This document shows positions 1-9,890 of a stretch of 64,000 nucleotides of DNA, one piece after another. The notes under the pieces are model-generated. The model saw nothing but the letters and a program-made list of their open reading frames with translations, was not told where the DNA came from and made no database searches. The stretch comes from Promethearchaeota archaeon. Lineage in GTDB: Archaea; Asgardarchaeota; Lokiarchaeia; Sigyniarchaeales; SOKP01. The stretch spans positions 32,001 to 96,000 of the forward strand of contig JAEOUA010000005.1 of NCBI GenBank assembly GCA_016839555.1, in the 5' to 3' direction. The position numbers and the translations under genes are program-made. Position 1 is the first letter of the stretch; the number at the start of each line of letters is the position of its first letter.

Positions 1-29
1 TTCACTACATCATCCGTAAATACACTCAT
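1..29 (-). CDS. 5' fragment of next gene (MSVFTDDVV...), runs off the window; possibly the partner 2-hydroxyacyl-CoA dehydratase subunit
   Basis: ATG at 29-27 on minus strand, 4 nt after the stop of the dehydratase subunit, open to the window edge; identity inferred only from context. Confidence 0.35.
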
Positions 30-33
30 TTAA

Positions 34-1167
34 TCAAATCATCTCCATAAATGCTTCTATTCTTGTAGATAATTGCCCCCTAATAGAACGGGAATAATCA
101 CGTTCCAGATTTAATACTTGAACCCCTCGCTCCTGAAGTCTCTCTTTAAATGCAGACTGGAAAAGGCTGAAATGATCGCAGAATTTAATAATGTGGTTAA
201 TAACTCCGAGCTTGTTGCCGAATTTCTTATGATAATCGTTTACATAATTTTCAATGAAGATAATTTTGTTTTCCAGCGAATTCGGGACACAATGGTCACC
301 ATAGACATTATTTTCAAATCTATTCGTTAGCAACTCCATGGGATCATCAATAGAATTTAATATTTTGTCAGAGAAAGTTTGAGAATAATAATTATTTCCT
401 ATCCATGTATCAAATAGTATAATATTACCTCCAATTTCTTCTATTAAATCAATCAAATAATCTCCAATAAAAATGGAGCATCCGGTAAAAATAATTTTTT
501 TAGAATTATTCTTAGATTGAGATGTATTTCTATGGGTTTCAATGAACTGTTCTATTTCAGGTTGTATTTCTGGTCCAAATAGCATTGCTTCTTGATACAT
601 TTTTAACTTTTCAGATCCCATAATATTTAGTTTACTTACTTCTTCAACTTTTTTCTTAAAATCATTACGCCTAATTATATTTTCCTTAATTTTATAGTCT
701 GGAATTCGTTCTCTTGTGATATCCTCAATTTTCTTCTTTAAATGATTTAGTTCTATTTTGTAATATTTTAATGCATTAGAATTTCGAGTATAAGACACAT
801 AAAAATCTAATCTATCAAGATTAAAATTATCGGAAATAACCTCCGAAACGCATATATTTGAAACGCAATGATTTGATAATAAGATATAATCTGCCAGATT
901 TAAAAATTCATACATCCTTGGAGCGGAAGAAAAGTATCCAATACAACTCTGAGCATAACTACACGTTGAAGGAGGTAAATATGTATGGCTTGCATCCATT
1001 AATTCGTCATTTCCAGCAAAAATCAATGGTAATGGAGTGAAGCCCGCTGCTTCCAGAAGTTCTATAGGAATATTATCATGAGCGAGAAATGCGATAATTT
1101 TGCTTCCATTGGATTTCTTTTCTTCCAAAAATGAATCGAAACGAGACAAAAGCTCAACTGAGGACAT
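34..1167 (-). CDS. 2-hydroxyacyl-CoA dehydratase / benzoyl-CoA reductase family subunit (HgdB/FldC-like)
   Basis: N-terminal P.ELL.AAG and CSY..SC, KFCD Cys motif, C-terminal GQLSTRIEAF.E.I signature; adjacent to activase. Confidence 0.85.
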   Translation of the reverse strand: MSSVELLSRFDSFLEEKKSNGSKIIAFLAHDNIPIELLEAAGFTPLPLIFAGNDELMDASHTYLPPSTCSYAQSCIGYFSSAPRMYEFLNLADYILLSNHCVSNICVSEVISDNFNLDRLDFYVSYTRNSNALKYYKIELNHLKKKIEDITRERIPDYKIKENIIRRNDFKKKVEEVSKLNIMGSEKLKMYQEAMLFGPEIQPEIEQFIETHRNTSQSKNNSKKIIFTGCSIFIGDYLIDLIEEIGGNIILFDTWIGNNYYSQTFSDKILNSIDDPMELLTNRFENNVYGDHCVPNSLENKIIFIENYVNDYHKKFGNKLGVINHIIKFCDHFSLFQSAFKERLQERGVQVLNLERDYSRSIRGQLSTRIEAFMEMI

Positions 1168-1302
1168 ATTGAATTATAAATAATAAATGATATTAATCAA
1201 AAAAAGATAAAATTCTTGATAAAATTTATTGATTTTTATAAAAATAATAATCTATTTATGATATTTATTCATTATATTTTTTTAAATAATCATTATATGG
1301 TT

Positions 1303-2082
1303 TTAATTCGCATTTTTTTCCATTGCTATTAACGCAGCTCCAATAGCTCCCGTTAATTGAGGATATTTTGGGCGGACAATTTCGAAACCCAGTTCTTTTT
1401 CTAAATATTTCTTGACCGCTATATTCTGAGCGACCCCACCAGTAAATACTAATTGTTGCTCAACACCGATTCGCTTTGCCATACTTGCTACTCTTTTTGC
1501 AATTGATTTGTGAATCCCTGCAGCTATATCCTTTTTAAGGCTTCCTTGAGCAAATAAACTAATTACCTCACTTTCAGCAAATACAGTACAAGTAGAACTG
1601 ATCGCGGCAGGTTTATGTGATTCTAAAGCAAGTGTTCCCATATTATCAATTGGGATTTCTAATGCATGTGCCATCACTTCTAAAAAGCGTCCTGTTCCCG
1701 CAGCGCACTTATCGTTCATTTGAAAGTCGATTACATTGCCATTCTTCCTAGATATTAAGATTGCTTTACTATCCTGCCCTCCGATATCAATAACAGATCT
1801 TGCTTCAGGATAAAAATATTGGGCTCCACGAGCATGTGCACTTATTTCAGTGATTCTGTCATCCGCAAATTCTATTGTATTCCGCCCATATCCCGTACTC
1901 ATGATAAACACATCAGTTCTGGAGAGGTTGTTTTTCGTCAATATATCTTTTAATAAATCGCGCCCGACCTTTTTAAAATCATAAGTAGATCGATTTTGAC
2001 GCCAATCTATCATTGTTTTATTCCCGTTGACCAAAACCACTTTAGTTTCTAAAGAACCTATGTCAATACCTATAAATTTCAT
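1303..2082 (-). CDS. CoA-substrate-specific enzyme activase (HgdC/BadF-BadG-BcrA-BcrD ATPase)
   Basis: GIDIGS..TK, STGYGR, IDIGGQDSK, MNDKCAAGTGRFLE, CTVFAESE, TGGVAQN motifs. Confidence 0.93.
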   Translation of the reverse strand: MKFIGIDIGSLETKVVLVNGNKTMIDWRQNRSTYDFKKVGRDLLKDILTKNNLSRTDVFIMSTGYGRNTIEFADDRITEISAHARGAQYFYPEARSVIDIGGQDSKAILISRKNGNVIDFQMNDKCAAGTGRFLEVMAHALEIPIDNMGTLALESHKPAAISSTCTVFAESEVISLFAQGSLKKDIAAGIHKSIAKRVASMAKRIGVEQQLVFTGGVAQNIAVKKYLEKELGFEIVRPKYPQLTGAIGAALIAMEKNAN

Positions 2083-2232
2083 CGAAAATGACCAAGAATA
2101 TTAATTTGAGTTAAAAAATGAAATATTCCTAAAAAATTAATCGTCTAACTCAATTTCTTAGGTAGAAATAAAAAAAATAGATTTTTATAGAGAAAAGAAT
2201 AAATATAGAAAAAATAAATATTCATATATAAA

Positions 2233-4293
2233 ATGGAGTCCTTTAAAAAAAAATTTAAGAAAATAGACTCTAATGTCGTTCTTTTGAGTATCCTATTTTT
2301 ATTCTTTTTGCAGTTGATATCAGATTTCTTAGAGACAATTTATGCTCTAAATTTAATTGAAGTAGAACTCAATGAAAATATTCTGGCGCTTTTATTCTTA
2401 TTAACTCCTATTATTTTATTGTTTTTCAAAAAGGGAGTTCCAGACAAATATATTGTCGTTATCGGAGAAATTTTGGTCATTTCGAGAATCTTAGAGGTGT
2501 TTTTCAATGGAACGGTGAAAATGGTTATTACGGGCATCGGGTCAGGAGTGTTTTTACTATTTTTTCCCCTTTATCTTCAAAAGCTCTCAATTGGAAATAA
2601 GGAAAAGTATGGAATAGAGTTTGGGTTAGGTCTCGCGATTGCAGTGTTACTCTCAATATTTTTTAGAGTTTTGGGTTCTTCGGTAGATATTTCAATTTTT
2701 AGTTGGTTTCAATCAATCGGGTGGATTTTAGCGATTATCGAGGCAATTCTTATATATAATATAATTAATCGTGAGGAATTTAAAGTAGCTTCTAGTTCTA
2801 ATAGTTCAAAAGAATATAGTAAACCTGTGAGTACTCTTAAAGTATTGGGATTATGCATCGGAATCATAGGAATAATCGTATTGATATATTTTGTATTCAG
2901 CAGTCCCACTGTGATTTCCCGATGGGCGGAAGGTAATTATTTTTCTATTATTTACCTTCTTGCTATTGAAATCTCGATATTTATTTTATTAATGGTCTAT
3001 AAGCCTGAATTATTAAACGCCCTAAAATTTTGGATGCTATTACTATGGAATGTTCTCTTTATATTTGCCCTTGTCGTATTAATTATGGTAAATCAAACAT
3101 TTTTTATCCTTGTAGAATATTATCCCGTGATTGCTGCTCCTACATCCCTATGGAGTTATATATTGTTATATATGATGTTAGCTCTTTCTCCCATAATTTT
3201 GATTGATTTCGTTTTACTGTCAAGAGAAATAATAAAAGGTCAACCATCAGTGCGAAAAATAGGCGGAAGCTTTACCGTTGCATCAGTAGTTTTTTTAATT
3301 CTTATCTTAGCAAATGTCTTCACCATCGTTTGGGATTATATTCCACTTATTGGTAATTTTTTCAGAGATATGTATTGGTTTGTATTTTTATTGACTGGAA
3401 TCTTCATAGCAATTCCCATATTATTAGTAAGAAAGAGTAGAGTTGATTTTACAACAGTATTTTCGAAGCTAAAAATAAAGCTCCTATTGACGGCAATAAT
3501 ATCAATTATTTTGAGCTCAGTTATCATTGTAGGATTTGTATTAAAATATCCTTACGAGCAACCTATTGGATTTGAACCTAATATTAGAGTATTATCTTAC
3601 AATATTCAGCAAGGATTTGATGAATCTGGGAATAAAAACTTCGAAGGGCAAACACAAGTGATATTAAAGGCGAATCCCACAATAATAGGGTTACAAGAAT
3701 CAGACACTTGTCGAATTTCAAGCGGAAATTTAGATATTGTAAGATATATTAATAATAGACTTGGTTATTATAGCTATTTTGGTCCAAAAACTACTACTGG
3801 CACTTTTGGTATCGCTTTATTATCCAAATATCCGATTCTTAACCCTAGAACATTTTACATGGAGACTAAGGGAGAACAAACAGCCACAATAGAGGCGCAA
3901 ATTATTATTAATGCAAAAATTTATTTTGTATACGTAACCCATTTGGGGAACTATAAACATCCCTTAATCGATCCATCGCAATATATAGAACAAGAACAAC
4001 TTTTACGTAGGATTGTAGGGAGAAAAAACGTTATTTTAATGGGAGATTTTAATTTTAACCCTAATACAGAACAGTATAACCTCACGACTACTCTATTAAA
4101 TGATTGTTGGGAAATTGCAAATACTAGCCTTATAGGGGATATTCCAATTGGGTGGCGATTTAGATTGCCTTATCTAAGAATAGACCATATCTTTGTCTCG
4201 GATGAGTTAAATACCTCAATTACTGGATGCTATTATTTTGGTGGCACTGCCTCAGATCATCCTGCGGTAGCGATTGACATTAGAGCATTCTAG
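2233..4293 (+). CDS. Polytopic membrane protein with C-terminal endonuclease/exonuclease/phosphatase (EEP) domain, Cwh43/PGAP2IP-like
   Basis: About 440 aa of hydrophobic helices, then SYNIQQG, GLQESD, GIALLSKYPI, THL, GDFN, IDHIF, SDH motifs. Confidence 0.8.
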   Translation: MESFKKKFKKIDSNVVLLSILFLFFLQLISDFLETIYALNLIEVELNENILALLFLLTPIILLFFKKGVPDKYIVVIGEILVISRILEVFFNGTVKMVITGIGSGVFLLFFPLYLQKLSIGNKEKYGIEFGLGLAIAVLLSIFFRVLGSSVDISIFSWFQSIGWILAIIEAILIYNIINREEFKVASSSNSSKEYSKPVSTLKVLGLCIGIIGIIVLIYFVFSSPTVISRWAEGNYFSIIYLLAIEISIFILLMVYKPELLNALKFWMLLLWNVLFIFALVVLIMVNQTFFILVEYYPVIAAPTSLWSYILLYMMLALSPIILIDFVLLSREIIKGQPSVRKIGGSFTVASVVFLILILANVFTIVWDYIPLIGNFFRDMYWFVFLLTGIFIAIPILLVRKSRVDFTTVFSKLKIKLLLTAIISIILSSVIIVGFVLKYPYEQPIGFEPNIRVLSYNIQQGFDESGNKNFEGQTQVILKANPTIIGLQESDTCRISSGNLDIVRYINNRLGYYSYFGPKTTTGTFGIALLSKYPILNPRTFYMETKGEQTATIEAQIIINAKIYFVYVTHLGNYKHPLIDPSQYIEQEQLLRRIVGRKNVILMGDFNFNPNTEQYNLTTTLLNDCWEIANTSLIGDIPIGWRFRLPYLRIDHIFVSDELNTSITGCYYFGGTASDHPAVAIDIRAF

Positions 4294-4349
4294 CAATAAA
4301 ACAAATAAGAGTTAATTTAACTCTTTAATTTTTTTTATTTTTATATAGT

Positions 4350-5048
4350 CTATCCAGCAGAAGTGAATAAAAGGATTGGCACTATCAACAGAAAAGTTAT
4401 AATAAAGGCGGCTATCATTTGAAAAATGTTTTTTAGGATAGATTCTTTAGAGATTTTTCCTAAGAAAACTCCAAGCAACACAATGATACCTAGTATTATT
4501 ATAAATGAAATTATAAATGCAGGGATCTCTGCTTCTGTAACGAAAAAGAAGGGTATCAAAGGAACAAAACCGCCTAAGAATGGTGCCCCGCCATTGACCA
4601 GAGAAACCACTTTATTAGCAAGACTCTCTGCTTTCTCATATAAGGTCTCCACTTTTGTTTTTTCTTCAGGTTCTTTTTTCTGCTTTCGCCTAAATTTTTT
4701 AATTTTTATTTTTTTTAACATCGCTTTTTGAATTTCTTCTTCATCCATTTCAGCCTCCGCGTCTTCTAATTCCGTTCCTAACTGACCCATAGCTCTTTCA
4801 ATCTCAAACTTTATCTTTTTTTGTTCTGCTTTTTCTGATAAATAAGAACCAGAAAATCCCGAGATAAACATTGAAATGCAAGTACCCAGACCAGTCATTA
4901 TGATTATGTATGAATCGACACTAGATTCCTCTCCTTTAAGAATTATTGTTAGAAAGGCAATTAAACTTCCCGTGATTGTTATTGCACCATCATAGAAATT
5001 ATTTACAAAATATCTACGTGCGATGGCTGCAAGATTAGTTATTTTCAC
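4350..5048 (-). CDS. VIT1/CCC1 family transporter (archaeal type)
   Basis: ARRYFVNNFYDG, SG.SGSYLSE.AE, GG.VPLIPF, LGVFLGKISKE motifs. Confidence 0.8.
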   Translation of the reverse strand: MKITNLAAIARRYFVNNFYDGAITITGSLIAFLTIILKGEESSVDSYIIIMTGLGTCISMFISGFSGSYLSEKAEQKKIKFEIERAMGQLGTELEDAEAEMDEEEIQKAMLKKIKIKKFRRKQKKEPEEKTKVETLYEKAESLANKVVSLVNGGAPFLGGFVPLIPFFFVTEAEIPAFIISFIIILGIIVLLGVFLGKISKESILKNIFQMIAAFIITFLLIVPILLFTSAG

Positions 5049-5252
5049 ATAAGTTTTCCATCTACTTATTTCTGAAATTGAAAATCCCCTTGTATCGTAA
5101 ATTAAAATTCTTTTTCATTTTACTATAATTATTAAATTGTTCAATTAAAAAAAATATAAAGAATTAAATAATTAAAAATATAGCTACTAATTTATATTAC
5201 GAGACTTGTTTTTAACCTCAAAAACGCACCGAATTTAAAAAAAACAGGGAAA

Positions 5253-6206
5253 ATGAGCAAAAAAATTATTATTATAGATCTTGGAACTTATAGCGTAAAG
5301 GTTGGGATAGCAGGAGCCGCAAAACCTCAATATAACATAAGAACTATAATGGGATATTCAAAGAATTCTGAACATCTCCTTTATGGAAATGAAGCATTAA
5401 AAAAGAGTCAAGAGCCGCTTCCATTAATAGATTATAAGTGGGATATCATGGAAATACGATGGAGTAAGATCTTCGAATTTTTTCGCTTTATTTTTGAGGA
5501 AAAATTAAGATTTTCTATCTCTGAATTGAAAAATTATTCTATTGTTTTTTTAATTGGTCCTTTACAACCGCGTTCTCATTTTTTAAAATATTATGAATCT
5601 TTTTTTTCTAAATTTAAAATAGCGAAAATGCTAGTTTTGTCAGCAACCAGGATTGCTTTATTAGCTTCAAGGAAAACAACGGGTATTGTTGTAGATATTG
5701 GATATAAATCAACTCGCGTTGTTCCTTTTTATGAGGGATTTAGACTTCCGCATGCGTTTAATCATCAAGATCTAGCTGGAAAAGATATTGATGATTATGA
5801 TGAAAATATTCTTGAATATCCCACAATTCCAGAGAAAGATTATCTCGCCCCAACTTCAGAATTAATTTTAAAAGCAATTGAAAGATGTGATGAGTCTATA
5901 AAAGATGAATTATATTCGAATATAATACTTTCGGGATGGTGGAGTGCAGATAAAAAAGTCGTAACTTTATTGAAAGAGTCATTGGAAAAAGAAAGGAGTG
6001 ATAAGGATATTAATGTCGTTATTCCTTCTTCTCATTATTATAACTGGTTTTCGGCTTCTCTACTAGCTACTAAAAAATTAAAGAAGATAGCAAAAATAAG
6101 GTATCTTTCAAAAAAAAAATACTATGCTAAGAAAGAATTAGATACTTATCTCACCCTTGCGGGTATTAAAACAAAAAAATGGGGTCTCATTTCATATCCA
6201 TTATGA
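5253..6206 (+). CDS. Divergent, internally deleted actin-related protein
   Basis: IDLGTYSVKVG (phosphate-1), TTGIVVDIGYKSTRVVPFYEG.RLPHA (phosphate-2), DLAGKDIDDY, CDESIKDELYSNIILSG, WFSASLLA. Confidence 0.85.
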   Translation: MSKKIIIIDLGTYSVKVGIAGAAKPQYNIRTIMGYSKNSEHLLYGNEALKKSQEPLPLIDYKWDIMEIRWSKIFEFFRFIFEEKLRFSISELKNYSIVFLIGPLQPRSHFLKYYESFFSKFKIAKMLVLSATRIALLASRKTTGIVVDIGYKSTRVVPFYEGFRLPHAFNHQDLAGKDIDDYDENILEYPTIPEKDYLAPTSELILKAIERCDESIKDELYSNIILSGWWSADKKVVTLLKESLEKERSDKDINVVIPSSHYYNWFSASLLATKKLKKIAKIRYLSKKKYYAKKELDTYLTLAGIKTKKWGLISYPL

Positions 6207-6418
6207 TTTGGAAAAGACTTTGGGAAAATGTGAATAATATCAAAAAAATTAGACTTAAAGAATTTTTTATTTTTAAATTAAGAAAATTATGATTTACCCA
6301 TCTATGAAGATTTAAATATTACTAAATTATTTTCTATATGTTTAAAAATTAAATTAACAAAATCATTTAATTAAGCAAACCTTTTAATTCAGAAAAAGTG
6401 ATTTATAAAGTGAGATAA

Positions 6419-7078
6419 ATGAGTTTAAAAAAGAATACCATAAAAAAAACAAAAAACCAAATTCTTACATTACTAATTGAACATTCAAGGATTATTTATA
6501 GCGTTATATCAGAGATGGGAGTATTTTATACCTCATGGAAAGAAAACCCTGAGGGAAATAAAGAAGAAATGGAAAAGAAGAAAAATAAATTACAAATGTT
6601 AGAAGAAGATGCAGATGCTATTAAAATAAGATTGATTAAAGAATTTTCCGAAGCAGGTACTCAAGGTATGGGGAATTATATGACCTTAATCTTACGGATG
6701 GATAATGTAATAAATTCTGCCTTAGAATTCGTTGATCTTTTATCAAAAATTCATAATCTCAATGAAATTAATAATAATATTGAGTCGCGGTATGACAAAC
6801 TTATAAATGAATTACTTAAAATGACAGATATTTTAAAATTAGCAATTAAAAATTTGCAAAATAAACCTCAAAAAGTGTTAGAAAATACGACCACAATCCA
6901 TGAAATCGAAAATGAAATCGATATAATATTCAGAGAATTTTTAGATTATTTATATGATAATGACAATATAAGTATTAGATTAATCTTCAGACTAAGAGAT
7001 AGTATTAAGGTTTTGGAGGAGCTTGCAGATAGAATACATGATATCGGAGATTTAATTAGAGTCATCAGATACTCTTAA
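6419..7078 (+). CDS. DUF47 / PhoU-like phosphate transport regulator
   Basis: Two helical repeats with LEEDADAIK and IHEIENEID...LEELADRIHD. Confidence 0.75.
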   Translation: MSLKKNTIKKTKNQILTLLIEHSRIIYSVISEMGVFYTSWKENPEGNKEEMEKKKNKLQMLEEDADAIKIRLIKEFSEAGTQGMGNYMTLILRMDNVINSALEFVDLLSKIHNLNEINNNIESRYDKLINELLKMTDILKLAIKNLQNKPQKVLENTTTIHEIENEIDIIFREFLDYLYDNDNISIRLIFRLRDSIKVLEELADRIHDIGDLIRVIRYS

Positions 7079-7243
7079 AATAGATACATCTGAATTCATA
7101 GATAATTTATAATAAGCTCATTTATACCCTATTTTAAGTTTTTATTAGCTATATTTTTTGTTAAACGATATATTTTGTGATCTCTTCTTCTTTATTTTAT
7201 AAAAAACATTGCTCTTCATAAATCTGAGACTTAGATTATTTTA

Positions 7244-8281
7244 TTACCAGCGCCAATAAATATCCTCAGCATGACCAAGCATATTTTCGATATGGATTTT
7301 TTTTCCATCATCCAATATTATATCTCCTGAATAGAAACCATGCATTAAAGCAGAATTCAAATAGATAATACCAAAATTTAGTTTTTCTTTATGTGGAATA
7401 ATCGGTTCTATCACCATATTAAACCTGTCATCATTGCTCGTAAATTTCCATGGTTTGGTAGGATCACGATTCTCATGATGGAAAATAACCTCATCCAGCT
7501 TATGAGCTTTTCCATTATAAAAAACTATATTTTCAGTATGAGTTGCTCCTTCTTTGCTTCCCACTTGACCAAAACCATACCCAATATTAAACGCGACGGG
7601 AAGATCATTTACTTTGCCACAAGCACTTCCCCATAACCAATGTGTCTTATAGGGCCAAATTCCACGACCCCAATCCATTAATCCAAAGGATCTATCTGAT
7701 GTAAATTCATAATTCTCAGTACCAATTGTTATCTTACCTGTAGCAGGCATCATGTTAATTTTATGATTATAATAGAATAATTTGGGCTTTTCATAGCCCG
7801 TTATAACAACAGTATTATCCCATTCTGGTTTATCATCTAAAACGATGCTTCCTTCAATTCCTTTATCTAAAAATGTAGGATCATCGATAGTAAGGATTCT
7901 TTTATTCCCTTTTTTCTCTAAACTAGCATTAAAATCTTCCGTTGGGAATTCTATTAAGCTATCTTCTACTGAACTTTGGGGCAATAATTTAGCTTTCGTG
8001 AAGAATTTGAATGTACCTTTATTAAATCTTTCTTTTTTATTGAAATCAAGCCATACATAACTCATTTGTGTAAGATACCCGATATCTCCAATTGTTAATT
8101 GGATTCCAAAATCTTTATTTAAAATAGAATAATGATCCCATTCCTTTATTCTCCACCAGCTTTTTCCAATATTTTCTTTATTATATGTTATTATCGGTTT
8201 TTTTGCCCAACCCGTCTGAACAAGTGAGCCATCCTCATTAAAGAGCTTTGATGGTTCGGTTATTTCTATTTGTTTACCCAT
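7244..8281 (-). CDS. DUF2804 family protein
   Basis: RIKEWDHY, FYYNHKIN.MPA.G, MDWGRGIWPYKTHW.W, FNIGYGFG motifs. Confidence 0.8.
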   Translation of the reverse strand: MGKQIEITEPSKLFNEDGSLVQTGWAKKPIITYNKENIGKSWWRIKEWDHYSILNKDFGIQLTIGDIGYLTQMSYVWLDFNKKERFNKGTFKFFTKAKLLPQSSVEDSLIEFPTEDFNASLEKKGNKRILTIDDPTFLDKGIEGSIVLDDKPEWDNTVVITGYEKPKLFYYNHKINMMPATGKITIGTENYEFTSDRSFGLMDWGRGIWPYKTHWLWGSACGKVNDLPVAFNIGYGFGQVGSKEGATHTENIVFYNGKAHKLDEVIFHHENRDPTKPWKFTSNDDRFNMVIEPIIPHKEKLNFGIIYLNSALMHGFYSGDIILDDGKKIHIENMLGHAEDIYWRW

Positions 8282-8350
8282 TTTCCCAAGTATGATTTAT
8301 TTATTTATTTGTTTGATTCAATTAATATTTTGAAATTAATATAAGTTTTT

Positions 8351-9751
8351 TTATTTATACGTAATCTCTACAGTAGAGAGTTTTTTAATTGCTGGTTTCT
8401 TTTGGCTCCATAATTTTTCTGCTTTATCAACCCATGATTCAAAGTCTTCCGGTGATTCGGGGAATTTTTCATAATGGACCTTAATTTTATTTGCTAAACT
8501 ATTGGCTTTTAATAGTTTCCTAATGTTTTTGAGAGAAAGCTTCCTTGTAATCAATCCCCATAAAATCTTCATTATAAATCCCATCATTTCGCCTAAACTC
8601 ATTTCTTGCTCATATTCTTTATTTGGTTCTGGAAGCTCATCATCCTCGCCAGTTTTATAGATTAATCCCTTTTTAAGAAAATAATTCCATTCTTTTTTGG
8701 AAAAATTTAGTATTCCCGATAATTGCGTAAGTAATCCGGCAAATTTAGCCCCCTGATCCCTAAAATATTCCACATTAATATCCCATAATCTTTCTCGAGT
8801 TAAATAACCTCCTTTCTGAAGCTCCCTATCAATAATCTCCGCAGCAATCATACATAACATCCATGTCGCTGTAACTCCATGTCCAGAGAAGGGGTAAGTT
8901 ACAGCAGCTGCGTCGCCTATACATAAAAATCCATCTGCGACTAAGGAATAGGGAGGTCTTCTATATGGTGTGAAACCTCTTTCCTTTTTGATCACCTCAT
9001 AAGGGGGCAGATCAATTTGATTGAGGAAATCCTCTCGCGCAAGCCGCGCATTTTCATAGGAGCCAGGTTGCCCAACTCCAAGAATAGCCTCATCTTCACT
9101 CAGCGAAGGTCCAAACCATAAAATCCAATAAATATAGTTTGTATCTCTCTCAGGATGTGGCAAATTGGGTTTTGTCCATTTTATATATTGTAGTAAAACA
9201 TACATCACATCATACGGTCCTAATGAAAAAGTTTCGACCCCATAATCCTTAGGTAAGGAGGTTCGAACAACAGCTTTTGTTCCTGAGGCATCTACGATCA
9301 ATTTCGCGTAGTATTCCTTCATTTCTCCATTTTTAGTTGCTTTAATGCCAACTATTTTATTCTCTTGAAAAATTAGGCTTTCAAATTTAGTGGAGAATTC
9401 TAATTGAACTCCATCTGATTCTAAAATTTTATACATTTTGTTAAGAAAGGGAGTTAATCTTACGATTGATAGTAAAGCCCGTGTTTTAATCTCTGTTTCA
9501 AAATCAGGAGTAATTACCGTGGAAGTATCTCGAATTTCAATGCAATCTGGATCTTCAGGATTAAATGGCGGTAAGCCCGCTTTTTTAACTCTATCCGACT
9601 CAAAATGAATCACATCGAGTCGGTTTCCCACATCTTCTCTCTTATCTTTTTCAATAATTTTAACGGAATGACCTTTTTTCGCTAAAATCCAGCCTAAATA
9701 GGTGCCTGCCGTACCGGCGCCAATTATTAGTACATCTATACTTTCACTCAC
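8351..9751 (-). CDS. FAD-dependent oxidoreductase, geranylgeranyl reductase-like
   Basis: IIGAGTAG Rossmann motif, VDASG, PYRRP, IGDAA..TYPFSGHG; GTG start. Confidence 0.75.
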   Translation of the reverse strand: MSESIDVLIIGAGTAGTYLGWILAKKGHSVKIIEKDKREDVGNRLDVIHFESDRVKKAGLPPFNPEDPDCIEIRDTSTVITPDFETEIKTRALLSIVRLTPFLNKMYKILESDGVQLEFSTKFESLIFQENKIVGIKATKNGEMKEYYAKLIVDASGTKAVVRTSLPKDYGVETFSLGPYDVMYVLLQYIKWTKPNLPHPERDTNYIYWILWFGPSLSEDEAILGVGQPGSYENARLAREDFLNQIDLPPYEVIKKERGFTPYRRPPYSLVADGFLCIGDAAAVTYPFSGHGVTATWMLCMIAAEIIDRELQKGGYLTRERLWDINVEYFRDQGAKFAGLLTQLSGILNFSKKEWNYFLKKGLIYKTGEDDELPEPNKEYEQEMSLGEMMGFIMKILWGLITRKLSLKNIRKLLKANSLANKIKVHYEKFPESPEDFESWVDKAEKLWSQKKPAIKKLSTVEITYK

Positions 9752-9890
9752 TTTTTAATTCACATCTTTCTGTATTAAAATCATTTAATCTAATATTATA
9801 ATCCTAAATTATAAATAATATTTAAATGTTAAAAAATTAAAGAATTACATGGACAATTTATAAAAAATAAACCTAATTTGTATATTAACA

